Assembly: GCA_963772455.1 (NCBI GenBank)
Contig: CAVYXJ010000013.1
Location: 83,163 to 147,162 of the forward strand
DNA length: 64,000 nt
Direction of reading: 5' to 3'
DNA from: Candidatus Bathyarchaeota archaeon
GTDB lineage: Archaea; Thermoproteota; Bathyarchaeia; Bathyarchaeales; Bathycorpusculaceae
The translations under genes and the position numbers were made by a program. Shown here piece after piece: positions 1-7,671 of the stretch; the first letter of the stretch is position 1, and the number at the start of each line of letters is the position of its first letter. A model generated the notes under the pieces. The model did not search any database and had not been told where the DNA came from. It worked only from the letters and a program-made list of their open reading frames with translations.

Positions 1-2
1 TC

Positions 3-196
3 GGAAGCCGCATGCTCCACAAAAGGCTCAGACAGCTCGTTTTCCGGATGCGCGTACGTAAACGGAATTTTCCGCAAAGCAGGGCTTAATCTTTGCCCTT
101 GATTCCCCTAACGCGCGGGGCTCCTGCTTGGAGGTTTTATGTCATCGCTGTCGGGCTCTGCGGAAAAGCATGTGGCTTTCAAACGAAGTTGCGTTT
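3..196 (+). ncRNA. Unassigned structured RNA/ssDNA element with pseudoknot potential
   Basis: 14-bp helix 3-16/167-180 (2 G-U), helix 26-36/147-156 crossing helix 68-76/159-167, hairpins 42-46/63-67, 81-85/95-99, 105-108/117-120, 121-124/130-133, 181-185/192-196; followed by T-rich tract. Confidence 0.45.
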
Positions 197-245
197 CATC
201 AATCCCCTTTTTCATTTTTTATTATTATTAACGGAGGTGAATTAC

Positions 246-902
246 ATGAATAACAAAGTAGGAAAACTCATAAAGACAATATCAATCGATAACAAGCCAG
301 AACTTGTTCAGCATATTGAGAAACAATCGAATTTCAGCAACTACGTTCAAACACTCTTAGAGCAAGACCTTGCAAGACTTCACGCAACACAGCAACAAAA
401 ACAGACTGAAGCGAAAATAGAGCTAACAAAAGATGAATACCTCACATTCGAGCATTGTAAAAAATATTTCAGAGAATATGGCGGTATGACCTATGCAAAG
501 TACTTCCATTACTTCCCTGTGCAAATAAGCTCCGACCATCTGAATTGTTTATTGTTAGATGTTTATGATATTTGTAAAACGTATGCTCCAACAACCGCCG
601 AATACATTAAGCATATTAGAGAAAACGATGAAGACTTTGATATCTTCTACGATAAAATAAGTCGTTATTGGCAACAAGAAAATCCAATACCTGAAGACTG
701 GAAGAAAGAAATCATACCTGGAATGACATTGCATGAAGCACTTTCAAAGATTATACCTGAAGCTATCAAGCTAAAAGACAAAGATATTCCATTAACAATC
801 AAACGAATCAGCGAGATAGTGGGGTTAACCTATCAGCAAACATACACACAACTAATGCCACATATCAGACCTATTCTAAAAGAGCTACAGGTTGAAGTTT
901 AA
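246..902 (+). CDS. Hypothetical DNA-binding protein, N-terminal ribbon-helix-helix-like and C-terminal HTH-like segments
   Basis: GGAGGTGA RBS at 234-241 favours ATG 246; KTISID..PELVQHIEK..FSNYVQTLLEQDL RHH pattern; LTIKRISEIVGLTYQQTY HTH pattern. Confidence 0.6.
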   Translation: MNNKVGKLIKTISIDNKPELVQHIEKQSNFSNYVQTLLEQDLARLHATQQQKQTEAKIELTKDEYLTFEHCKKYFREYGGMTYAKYFHYFPVQISSDHLNCLLLDVYDICKTYAPTTAEYIKHIRENDEDFDIFYDKISRYWQQENPIPEDWKKEIIPGMTLHEALSKIIPEAIKLKDKDIPLTIKRISEIVGLTYQQTYTQLMPHIRPILKELQVEV

Positions 903-1720
903 TAATAATAAAAAAAAATAAACCCTTTCTTTTTTGTTAAACTAATCGAGGCAATCTTAACCTGATGTTTCCTTAACGTTAACATGAATAGTGAAGTCAG
1001 CGTTACCGCAGTAAACAGCGTTATAATTGCTAACAATGAAAACTCTGGAACAGTGGGAGTTGGCGTTGGATTGGGAGTGGGAGAAGCAGATGAAGTTTCA
1101 CCGATGGTTATTGTTTGTGTATCGCTCCAATCGCTTGTTTCACCGATAAAAGTCCATCCGCTTGGACTTGATTCAGAGTTATAGCTAATGTAGCCTATGA
1201 ATGCTTTAACTTGAAAATCAATTTGGGAGTCAGGTGGTAACGTTGGACCGAACCCATTCCATCCAGCCGATGAATAGTCTCCTTTATACGAAAAAACCGA
1301 ATACTCTGTTTTTAATTGGGCATCTTCTACCGTCAACATAGCATATTCATCATAGGGGTAATACTTCTGATGCCAGTCTTTTTCAAAATGTCCCTTCCAA
1401 TGAATCTCATAGTGAAGATAAACAGTCCTGTCCCCAATCTGTTCCTTGATTGTAAAAGGGGTGAATGGCTGATTCTTTACCGAAAGTTGAATGGTTCTTG
1501 ATTCAACATGCCGTCCAGCCTCGTTTATAACCTGTCCGTTGAAAGGGTTTACCGTTGAAGAAGGTGGAATATCATAAGAGGAGTCGATAAGGGTAACATT
1601 AAACTCAGGCACAGAGGGTTTAGGTATTGACTGAGCATATGCAGATTCAATCATTATCAGACTTGAAACTGCTAAGACAATAACAAGAAGTAACGAGAAC
1701 CCTTTGCCGATACTGCCCAT
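899..1720 (-). CDS. Secreted PEF-CTERM-type membrane-anchored surface protein (family A paralogue 1)
   Basis: Signal peptide ..AYAQSIPKPSVPEF; Pro/Thr linker PTPTVPEF + TM helix + basic tail RKH. Confidence 0.8.
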   Translation of the reverse strand: MGSIGKGFSLLLVIVLAVSSLIMIESAYAQSIPKPSVPEFNVTLIDSSYDIPPSSTVNPFNGQVINEAGRHVESRTIQLSVKNQPFTPFTIKEQIGDRTVYLHYEIHWKGHFEKDWHQKYYPYDEYAMLTVEDAQLKTEYSVFSYKGDYSSAGWNGFGPTLPPDSQIDFQVKAFIGYISYNSESSPSGWTFIGETSDWSDTQTITIGETSSASPTPNPTPTPTVPEFSLLAIITLFTAVTLTSLFMLTLRKHQVKIASISLTKKKGFIFFYYY

Positions 1721-1744
1721 ATCAAGTACTAAGAGAATAGAAGC

Positions 1745-1753
1745 GATAAAAGG
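1745..1753 (-). promoter_or_regulatory. TATA box of leaderless promoter
   Basis: CCTTTTATC on minus strand, 26 nt from ATG 1720, same spacing as other array genes. Confidence 0.55.
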
Positions 1754-2225
1754 TTTATTCCAAAAAACTATACTATTTCAATTCTCCTAATTTGATTCGC
1801 TTTGAGAGTTGTTGTACTTTTCGAGGTTGCTTCGTTGTTGGTATCGTAAATGTTGAGAAAGCTAAAAGCTGCAAATTCCATTAGAAATAGGTTTAAGATG
1901 GAAAAACTCCATTCTTTTGCTAATGTTCACCGCGTGGGTATCGTGGCAGATGAATGCTGTTTCATTGAACATGTTTGCAATTATCGAAGCTAAAATTTGA
2001 AGTAAACATTGAAACAAGGTAAAATATGCCTTAATTTTCAATTTTACAGAGAATTTTTACTCGATTTTCAACGAAAAAACATATTAAAAAGTCTGAAAAT
2101 TTAGGCAATTATACTTTTTTATACATAGATGAAAATGCAATTCGATAACATACTTTACTTATCGCAAACCTTCTTTGAAAACGACCGATCAACCACCCTC
2201 TGATCGCAACACAAAAAAAACTTAC

Positions 2226-2249
2226 TTTGTTAAAGTTAAGTTTATCAAG
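2226..2249. repeat. Imperfect palindrome, 9-bp arms with 6-bp spacer
   Basis: TTTGTTAAA-GTTAAG-TTTATCAAG (7/9 arm match); identical left arm at 933-941. Confidence 0.35.
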
Positions 2250-2281
2250 CTTTTCATTATAAATTTAGTTTATGCTTTTTC

Positions 2282-3226
2282 CTAAACGTTTGGTTTGTTT
2301 TGAGAGATGGTTTTTCGATGAGTTCTGTAAAACAGAAGATAGATAATAACTATAACTAATACGACAAATACGAATGGAACTATTAAGACAAAATTGTTGT
2401 CAGATACTTGAGAAGGCGTTGGCGTAGGGGTTTGCATCGGAGTTGGTAAAGGTTTTACTGAGGGCAAAGGCAAAAACGGTTCTGTCTTAATCAAATAAAT
2501 CCTTCCTGTTCGTGGATTATCGAATAAATTATATCCAACACCCAAAACAGCGAGTGCACCATTAGATGTTTCAATTATCGAAGAAATCTCAAGAGGAGCA
2601 GTGCCATCACCACCAGTGTAGGTCAGGTTTATTATCCATTGAGTGTTGTTATTTGAATCAGTTTTAATAAGGCTGCCTTGTTCTCCATAAACAAACCCGC
2701 TATCACTTGTTTGAACGAGAGTTGGAGCACTGCCTAAGTCTGGTACACTTGAATAATTTTGAATCCATTGGATGTTTCCTTGAGAATCTGTTTTAATTAA
2801 AGTAGGAGTGAATTCACGTGCCCCTCCGCCAATTAAAGCGGAAAACCAGCTTCCTGATAATTCATATCCTTCATCGCTTGTTTGGATAAATGTTGTTGCT
2901 CTAAAGTAACTGATGGTTTTATTCCATTGTAAATTGCCTGATGAATCAACTTTGTATAGGGTTGATGGTCTAATAGTGTACTGGTATGACCAACCCAAAT
3001 TCACGAAAACGTACCCTCCATCACTTGTTTGAATTAGGTTTGAAGTTGATTCAACATTAGTGTCGCCATAAGGACCAGAATCACCGTAATCTTTTTGCCA
3101 TTGTATAGTGGGAGCAGAAGTAAATGTGGTTGATTGGGCTTTCACGGTTGCAGGTTCAAGTGTAATTAAAGAAGTTAGGAACAACGCAACAAGAACCAAT
3201 GCAAAACTCTTGCTTTTCTTACCCAT
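2282..3226 (-). CDS. Secreted, C-terminally anchored protein with beta-propeller-like repeats
   Basis: Signal peptide; repeated IQTSDGGY / LxKxDSxGNxQW motifs; Pro/Thr linker, TM, basic tail. Confidence 0.75.
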   Translation of the reverse strand: MGKKSKSFALVLVALFLTSLITLEPATVKAQSTTFTSAPTIQWQKDYGDSGPYGDTNVESTSNLIQTSDGGYVFVNLGWSYQYTIRPSTLYKVDSSGNLQWNKTISYFRATTFIQTSDEGYELSGSWFSALIGGGAREFTPTLIKTDSQGNIQWIQNYSSVPDLGSAPTLVQTSDSGFVYGEQGSLIKTDSNNNTQWIINLTYTGGDGTAPLEISSIIETSNGALAVLGVGYNLFDNPRTGRIYLIKTEPFLPLPSVKPLPTPMQTPTPTPSQVSDNNFVLIVPFVFVVLVIVIIYLLFYRTHRKTISQNKPNV

Positions 3227-3248
3227 AGTAAGCTGATAGAACCATTTC

Positions 3249-3284
3249 AGATAAAAGACTTCTCGTTCAAGACTCTTGACTAAG
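3249..3284 (-). promoter_or_regulatory. Array promoter plus half junction motif
   Basis: CTTAGTCAAGAGTCTTGAACGAGAAGTCTTTTATCT (minus strand); 35/36 identical to 4992-5027; TATA 25 nt from ATG 3226. Confidence 0.7.
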
Positions 3285-3348
3285 CACTATTTGCGTTTTC
3301 TGTATGTATTATTTAGGCGAAGATGTCAGAGCATTCAGTAGATAAGTA

Positions 3349-4062
3349 TTAGGAATAGAAAATAACTTTGAGATATTTTTGCTCACTTTTTTTGTTCTTC
3401 AATTGCGATATAAGTGTAACAGTAATTATTGCTGCAGCAATTAGAAAAGCAACACCTATGTATAGATACAAATTATCCTTCTCCATTTGGGCAGTATAAG
3501 TTACCAAATACTCTTTAAAGTCAAAAACTTGTACGAATCCTCCATGTAGAAAAATTGCAGTATAGTAATTGCCTGATTCTGTAGCCCTAAAAGCTACTGC
3601 TCCATTCTTCCTTGCTACATTTGATGCCTCAAAATTAGTTCCATTTTTACTTGCCCATGCCGAGAAGTCAAAACTGTTATTGTTTAACTGAATAACAACT
3701 GATTTAAAGTTGGTAAATTGTTGCTCAGAAAAAATGAAGCCAGTTACGTAAATATCTGTGTCCCACTTAGCTTCTATGCCTTGTCCTGCGTGGAGAGATA
3801 TTGGTGGTAGATTGAGAAAATCAGTATTAGGTGGCTGAAATGGAGGATAATAATAGTTCCCATTTAGGTATGTGTTATTTACTGATGCTACTGGATTTGG
3901 GTAGTTTATGTTTGGAGTATCAGTTTGATAAGAACTCCTTATTGGAGCAGTATGTGGAGAAGCAAAGTTGAGAGAGATAAAAAATGCGCCCGTTAGAAGC
4001 AATATTAAGATAACTATTTTTACTATATTTCTAAGTCTGAATCTCTCTACCTTTGGCTTCAT
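3349..4062 (-). CDS. Membrane protein with two terminal TM helices and a glycosylated extracellular domain
   Basis: N- and C-terminal hydrophobic helices, several NxS/T sequons; start set at ATG 4062 by promoter spacing. Confidence 0.7.
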   Translation of the reverse strand: MKPKVERFRLRNIVKIVILILLLTGAFFISLNFASPHTAPIRSSYQTDTPNINYPNPVASVNNTYLNGNYYYPPFQPPNTDFLNLPPISLHAGQGIEAKWDTDIYVTGFIFSEQQFTNFKSVVIQLNNNSFDFSAWASKNGTNFEASNVARKNGAVAFRATESGNYYTAIFLHGGFVQVFDFKEYLVTYTAQMEKDNLYLYIGVAFLIAAAIITVTLISQLKNKKSEQKYLKVIFYS

Positions 4063-4088
4063 ATCCATATTCTGTAAGATGTTAGTCC

Positions 4089-4146
4089 ATAAAAGCCTTG
4101 CAGTAAACAATTCTTGACTGAGATTCGTAAAATTTCCTTTACTAAG
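4089..4146 (-). repeat. Full junction motif (4112-4146) plus TATA (4089-4095)
   Basis: Minus strand CTT-AGTAAAG-GAAA-TTTTACG-AATCTC-AGTCAAG-A, ungapped alignment to 5017-5051 and 7071-7105. Confidence 0.7.
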
Positions 4147-4968
4147 TTAAGTTTGTGTTTTTTGTGGTAGACCAACAAACCAGCAGATGACACCATAATA
4201 GTTCAGTAGCAGAGGAATTGTCCATAAGGGAAACTCTGGAACTGTCGGGGTGGGTGTCGATGATGTTATGGTTGGAGTTGGTGTTAAATTTGGTGAGGGT
4301 GAGGTTGAAGTGGAAGTTGGAAGAGGTTCAGGATAAATCAATGTTGGATATGGGGAATTATCAATACTGCTTGCAAAAACGTTTGCAGTATCACTTTGGT
4401 TAATTGTCACAGTAAGCGTATTGCTCCATCCACTATCTTGACCATTAATCACGGGATAGGGAAAAAGTGGTTGTATAACCCAGCTTTGGTAGCCAATCAT
4501 AGATATTACTTGAACATCAATCACTGAACCTTTAGAAAAATCTTGGTGGATAGTGAAATAGGTAAAAACAGAACTATAGTTTCTATTTAGGAAGCCCTCG
4601 TCTTCTCCGCCATAAAGATATTGCCAATATTCACCAAAGTGTCCCTTATAGCGGACATTGTAGAAGAAGTTAAGGTCACGTCTTGTACCATTGGGGTTTG
4701 TTAGTACAAACTGGTTGAAGGGTTGATTTTTGATTTTCCCTTCAATTTTTATATCGGTAATATGTCTGCTGGGAATAGTCGTTTGTTGCCCAGTATAGGG
4801 GTCTGTTTGGATTGTTGCAGTAGTATCATATGAATTATCAACCACTTGGATAGAAAACTGCGGAACAGATGGTTTAGGAATAGTTTGAGCATTGACGGAT
4901 TCTGTCAAAAATACAGAGAAGGCTAAGATAACTACAATTAGTACTGAGAAACCCTTGATACATTCCAT
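4147..4968 (-). CDS. PEF-CTERM-type surface protein (family A paralogue 2); +1 frameshift in TM anchor at ~4202
   Basis: MECIKGF..AQTIPKPSVPQF; PTPTVPEF; removing one A restores LLLTIMVSSAGLLVYHKKHKLNLVK matching its neighbour. Confidence 0.75.
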   Translation of the reverse strand: MECIKGFSVLIVVILAFSVFLTESVNAQTIPKPSVPQFSIQVVDNSYDTTATIQTDPYTGQQTTIPSRHITDIKIEGKIKNQPFNQFVLTNPNGTRRDLNFFYNVRYKGHFGEYWQYLYGGEDEGFLNRNYSSVFTYFTIHQDFSKGSVIDVQVISMIGYQSWVIQPLFPYPVINGQDSGWSNTLTVTINQSDTANVFASSIDNSPYPTLIYPEPLPTSTSTSPSPNLTPTPTITSSTPTPTVPEFPLWTIPLLLNYYGVICWFVGLPQKTQT

Positions 4969-5785
4969 GTTTAAGGTTAGGGTTGGTTTGTAGATAAAAG
5001 ACTTCTCGTACAAGACTCTTGACTAAGAGCAGTAAAACTTTCTTGACTAAGTTGTGTTTGTGTTTTTTGTGGTAGACCAACAAACCAGCTAACACCAGCG
5101 TTATTGTTAGTAGTAGCGGAATTGTCAATGAGGAAAACTCTGGAACGGTAGGAGTTGGCGTTGAATTAGGTGAGGGTGAAGTTGAAGTGGAAGTCTCAGG
5201 TATGGTTATTGTTTGTGTTTTACTCCAACCACTTGCTTCACCTGTAAAAACCCAAGGAGCCAAAGGTAGTTGCTGGTCTCTGAAGGAATTGCCTATCAAC
5301 GCTTCAACTTGAAAATCTGCTTGACTGCCTGAAGGAATACTCAAAATTCTTAGACTCGAATGCAAAGACTCTGCTCCCGACAAAGCGAATGAAATGATGG
5401 TACTTTGATTTCCTGAATCTTGACTTGGATATGCATCAGGACTAAAAAGCTCCTGCCAATCGGTTGAAGAATGTTCCTTCCAGCGAACATTATAGAAAAA
5501 TCCAATTCCAAAGGTATCATCAACATAAGGTTGATTCTTAATAATTATCTTTACGGCACTATATTCCATATGATATCCATTATCATTAGCTTCAAACAGT
5601 CCAGTGCTGGGATTAAGAGAGTAAGTTGGTGGTTTGTCAAAAGATGGACCTATTAACTCTAAGGTGAATTGCGGAACAGATGGTTTTGGTATTGTTTGAG
5701 CATTTACAGATTCAACCATCAGTAGACTTAGACTTGAGATAGCCATTGTTAAAATCAGAACTATTGCTAAATTCTTGCTATTCAT
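4874..5785 (-). CDS. PEF-CTERM-type surface protein (family A paralogue 3); reads through junction motif into the next gene
   Basis: AQTIPKPSVPQF..GEASGWSKTQTITIPE..PTPTVPEF, TM, HKKHKHNLVKKV; no stop until 4874. Confidence 0.75.
   Translation of the reverse strand: MNSKNLAIVLILTMAISSLSLLMVESVNAQTIPKPSVPQFTLELIGPSFDKPPTYSLNPSTGLFEANDNGYHMEYSAVKIIIKNQPYVDDTFGIGFFYNVRWKEHSSTDWQELFSPDAYPSQDSGNQSTIISFALSGAESLHSSLRILSIPSGSQADFQVEALIGNSFRDQQLPLAPWVFTGEASGWSKTQTITIPETSTSTSPSPNSTPTPTVPEFSSLTIPLLLTITLVLAGLLVYHKKHKHNLVKKVLLLLVKSLVREVFYLQTNPNLKHGMYQGFLSTNCSYLSLLCIFDRIRQCSNYS
4992..5051 (-). repeat. Full junction motif (5017-5051) plus BRE/TATA promoter
   Basis: Minus strand CTT-AGTCAAG-AAAG-TTTTACT-GCTCTT-AGTCAAG-A then GTCTTGTACGAGAAGTCTTTTATCT; TATA 26 nt from ATG 4968. 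Confidence 0.75.
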
Positions 5786-7022
5786 TGGTGGTCCTTCTAT
5801 GCTTGAGGTAAACTGCAGCTAAGAGTACAGGCACAAAGAATGTTAAAATTGCCAATACTGGAAACTCTGGAACGGTAGGTGTAGCTGTTGGTGACAAGGT
5901 AGGTGTTGGTTTAGGGGTTGTTGTAGGGGTTGAGGTGGGAATCGTTGGTGCTTCAGGGTTTGGTGCAGTTAAAAAGGGTGTGAAATTGACTGTACCTAAA
6001 TTGAAATCATTCTTTTTATCATGGATTGTTTGGCTTATCATTGCTGAATTGGTTGTTCCCCACCAATTATTAGTAGCATCCACATTTTCATTAGCTTCTG
6101 GAGCTAAGTGTATGTTTTCAGAGTTTCCGTAGATATTGTTGTTATTAATGCGTGGAGTAGGGTAGGCGATTATGCCAACTGTATTGTTAACTATTGTATT
6201 CTTTAGAATAATGCTATGGCTTGCCACTATTCCTTGATAGTTATTGATGACTATGTTTTCTTCAACCCTGCAAGAAGGACCTGATTTGATCCCAACTTTG
6301 CACCCATAGACTGTATTATTAGATAGAACATAGATGTCATGAAAACTGTTGTAAATAATGCCTATTTCTCCACCAATAACCGTGTTGTTTGAAATCGTGG
6401 AGGCATCATCGTCTGTATAAATTCCCCAATTAATGTTATGAACTACATTGCCTGAAATCGTTGCTGAAGACTTAAAAATTGACATCGTATCCCATTCGCC
6501 AAATATTTCATTGTTCGTAATTATAGTTGAACTATATTGACAGCTTATGTATCCTGTTATTGTGTTGTCGTTTATTTTTGGGGATGTGCCATTAATTTTT
6601 ATCCAGATTGATTTTAATATGGAGTTTTCTATTATGGAGCCTAATTGTGTGTTTTTGTTCCAGCTTGGGCTTGGATTCATAAATTCGATATATGATGCTC
6701 TATTATCGCCACCGTTGAAATTTACTTTTTCAGTGTTGCTGCCTTTTGCATTTATTGTGCCATTTACTAATAGGTAATGGTTGTTAAGGTTTACAGTGGC
6801 TCCAGAATCAATTGTTAATGTTGCTCCTTGACTTATGGCTACAGGACCTGCAAGATTGTATGGGCTGTTTGCTTTGGTCCAAGTTGTATCTGAGTTTATT
6901 ATCATACTGTTGATGGTAGTACCGTTTTGAGCTAATCCAAAAGGTGTAGTTCCAACAATTATTAAACTCGATACAGCCATAATTAGAACAAGGAATACTG
7001 CAAAACTCTTACTTACACCCAT
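5778..7022 (-). CDS. Right-handed beta-helix (NosD/PbH1-like) PEF-CTERM surface protein
   Basis: Repeated TISNNTV/IxNN motifs, NVDATNNWWG signature, PTVPEF + TM + KHRR. Confidence 0.8.
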   Translation of the reverse strand: MGVSKSFAVFLVLIMAVSSLIIVGTTPFGLAQNGTTINSMIINSDTTWTKANSPYNLAGPVAISQGATLTIDSGATVNLNNHYLLVNGTINAKGSNTEKVNFNGGDNRASYIEFMNPSPSWNKNTQLGSIIENSILKSIWIKINGTSPKINDNTITGYISCQYSSTIITNNEIFGEWDTMSIFKSSATISGNVVHNINWGIYTDDDASTISNNTVIGGEIGIIYNSFHDIYVLSNNTVYGCKVGIKSGPSCRVEENIVINNYQGIVASHSIILKNTIVNNTVGIIAYPTPRINNNNIYGNSENIHLAPEANENVDATNNWWGTTNSAMISQTIHDKKNDFNLGTVNFTPFLTAPNPEAPTIPTSTPTTTPKPTPTLSPTATPTVPEFPVLAILTFFVPVLLAAVYLKHRRTTNE

Positions 7023-7045
7023 AGTCAACTTATAGAACTCATTTT

Positions 7046-7105
7046 AGATAAAAGACTTCTCGTAAACGTCTATTGACTAAGCCAAGTCAAGGTTTCTTAA
7101 CTAAC
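7046..7105 (-). repeat. Leading junction motif (7071-7105) plus BRE/TATA promoter
   Basis: Minus strand GTT-AGTTAAG-AAAC-CTTGACT-TGGCTT-AGTCAAT-A; perfect TTGACT-N6-AGTCAA inverted repeat; TATA 26 nt from ATG 7022. Confidence 0.75.
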
Positions 7106-7189
7106 AAAAGGTAGACCTTCCACCTCGCCGCCATTCCTATAAAGGTGCATCCGGACAACAGACACGTGTAAAACGTGGAGGTCAACAAA

Positions 7190-7471
7190 ATGATAACACA
7201 AGTTAGTTCAACAATCGAGTTAAACCCTGAATTAGCGAATTTAGCCTATGAAATGGGTTTAAATGCGTCAAAAATCTGTGAAAACGCCCTTAAATCGGCA
7301 ATAAGGTGCCTTCAAGGCGTGAACTTGAATAAGTGTTTGGTGGACGAGCCGGGATTTGAACCCGCGACCTCCACGATGCCAACGTGGCGATCATGCCAGA
7401 CTGATCTACTCGCCCAAATTTATCTGGCTTCTGAAAGTTACCCCGCCTCATTTAATAAGCGTTTCTTATAG
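7190..7471 (+). CDS. CcdA-antitoxin-like RHH ORF reading antisense through tRNA-Ala; probable int(N) fragment of an SSV-type split integrase
   Basis: TATA ~7137, GGAGGT RBS 7177-7182; ELANLAYEMGLNASKICENALKSAI; continues in frame as LVDEPGFEPATS (antisense tRNA). Confidence 0.55.
   Translation: MITQVSSTIELNPELANLAYEMGLNASKICENALKSAIRCLQGVNLNKCLVDEPGFEPATSTMPTWRSCQTDLLAQIYLASESYPASFNKRFL
7338..7415 (-). tRNA. tRNA-Ala: tRNA-Ala(GGC), CCA encoded
   Basis: Acceptor GGGCGAG/CTCGTCC with G3:U70, anticodon arm CCACG-TTGGCAT-CGTGG, GTTCAAATC T-loop. Confidence 0.95.
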
Positions 7472-7671
7472 AGCCAAGGAAACCATCAAAAAACATTGTT
7501 GGAAAAACTTAGATGTTGTATCGACTGAAAGAAGTTAACTCTAAGCAATGAATTTTATTATTGCTTTTTTTTAGGGCTTTTTCGACATTAATTCCGGTTC
7601 CAAAGGTTTATGCGGCGTAGCTTTTTATAAGGCAAACGCAAATAGAAAAGCCAAGCAAGGTGCAAAAAGTA

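Larger units (their letters stand above)
1..7337. mobile_element. Right-hand part of a putative integrated element (tRNA-Ala att site); left boundary outside window
   Basis: Abuts the 3' CCA end of tRNA-Ala; integrase(N)-like ORF reads into the tRNA; contains RHH/HTH gene and accessory surface-protein array; no att duplicate or int(C) in window. Confidence 0.6.

Noticed and set aside
93-245. N-terminal extension of the first ORF from 93
   Set aside because: It overlaps the structured GC-rich element, and a strong RBS precedes ATG 246.
899-7022. Diversity-generating retroelement behind the paralogue variability
   Set aside because: No reverse transcriptase and no TR/VR pair differing only at adenines in the window.
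3249-7105. CRISPR array interpretation of the recurring motif
   Set aside because: Copies are ~0.8-2 kb apart, separated by whole genes, and no cas genes are present.
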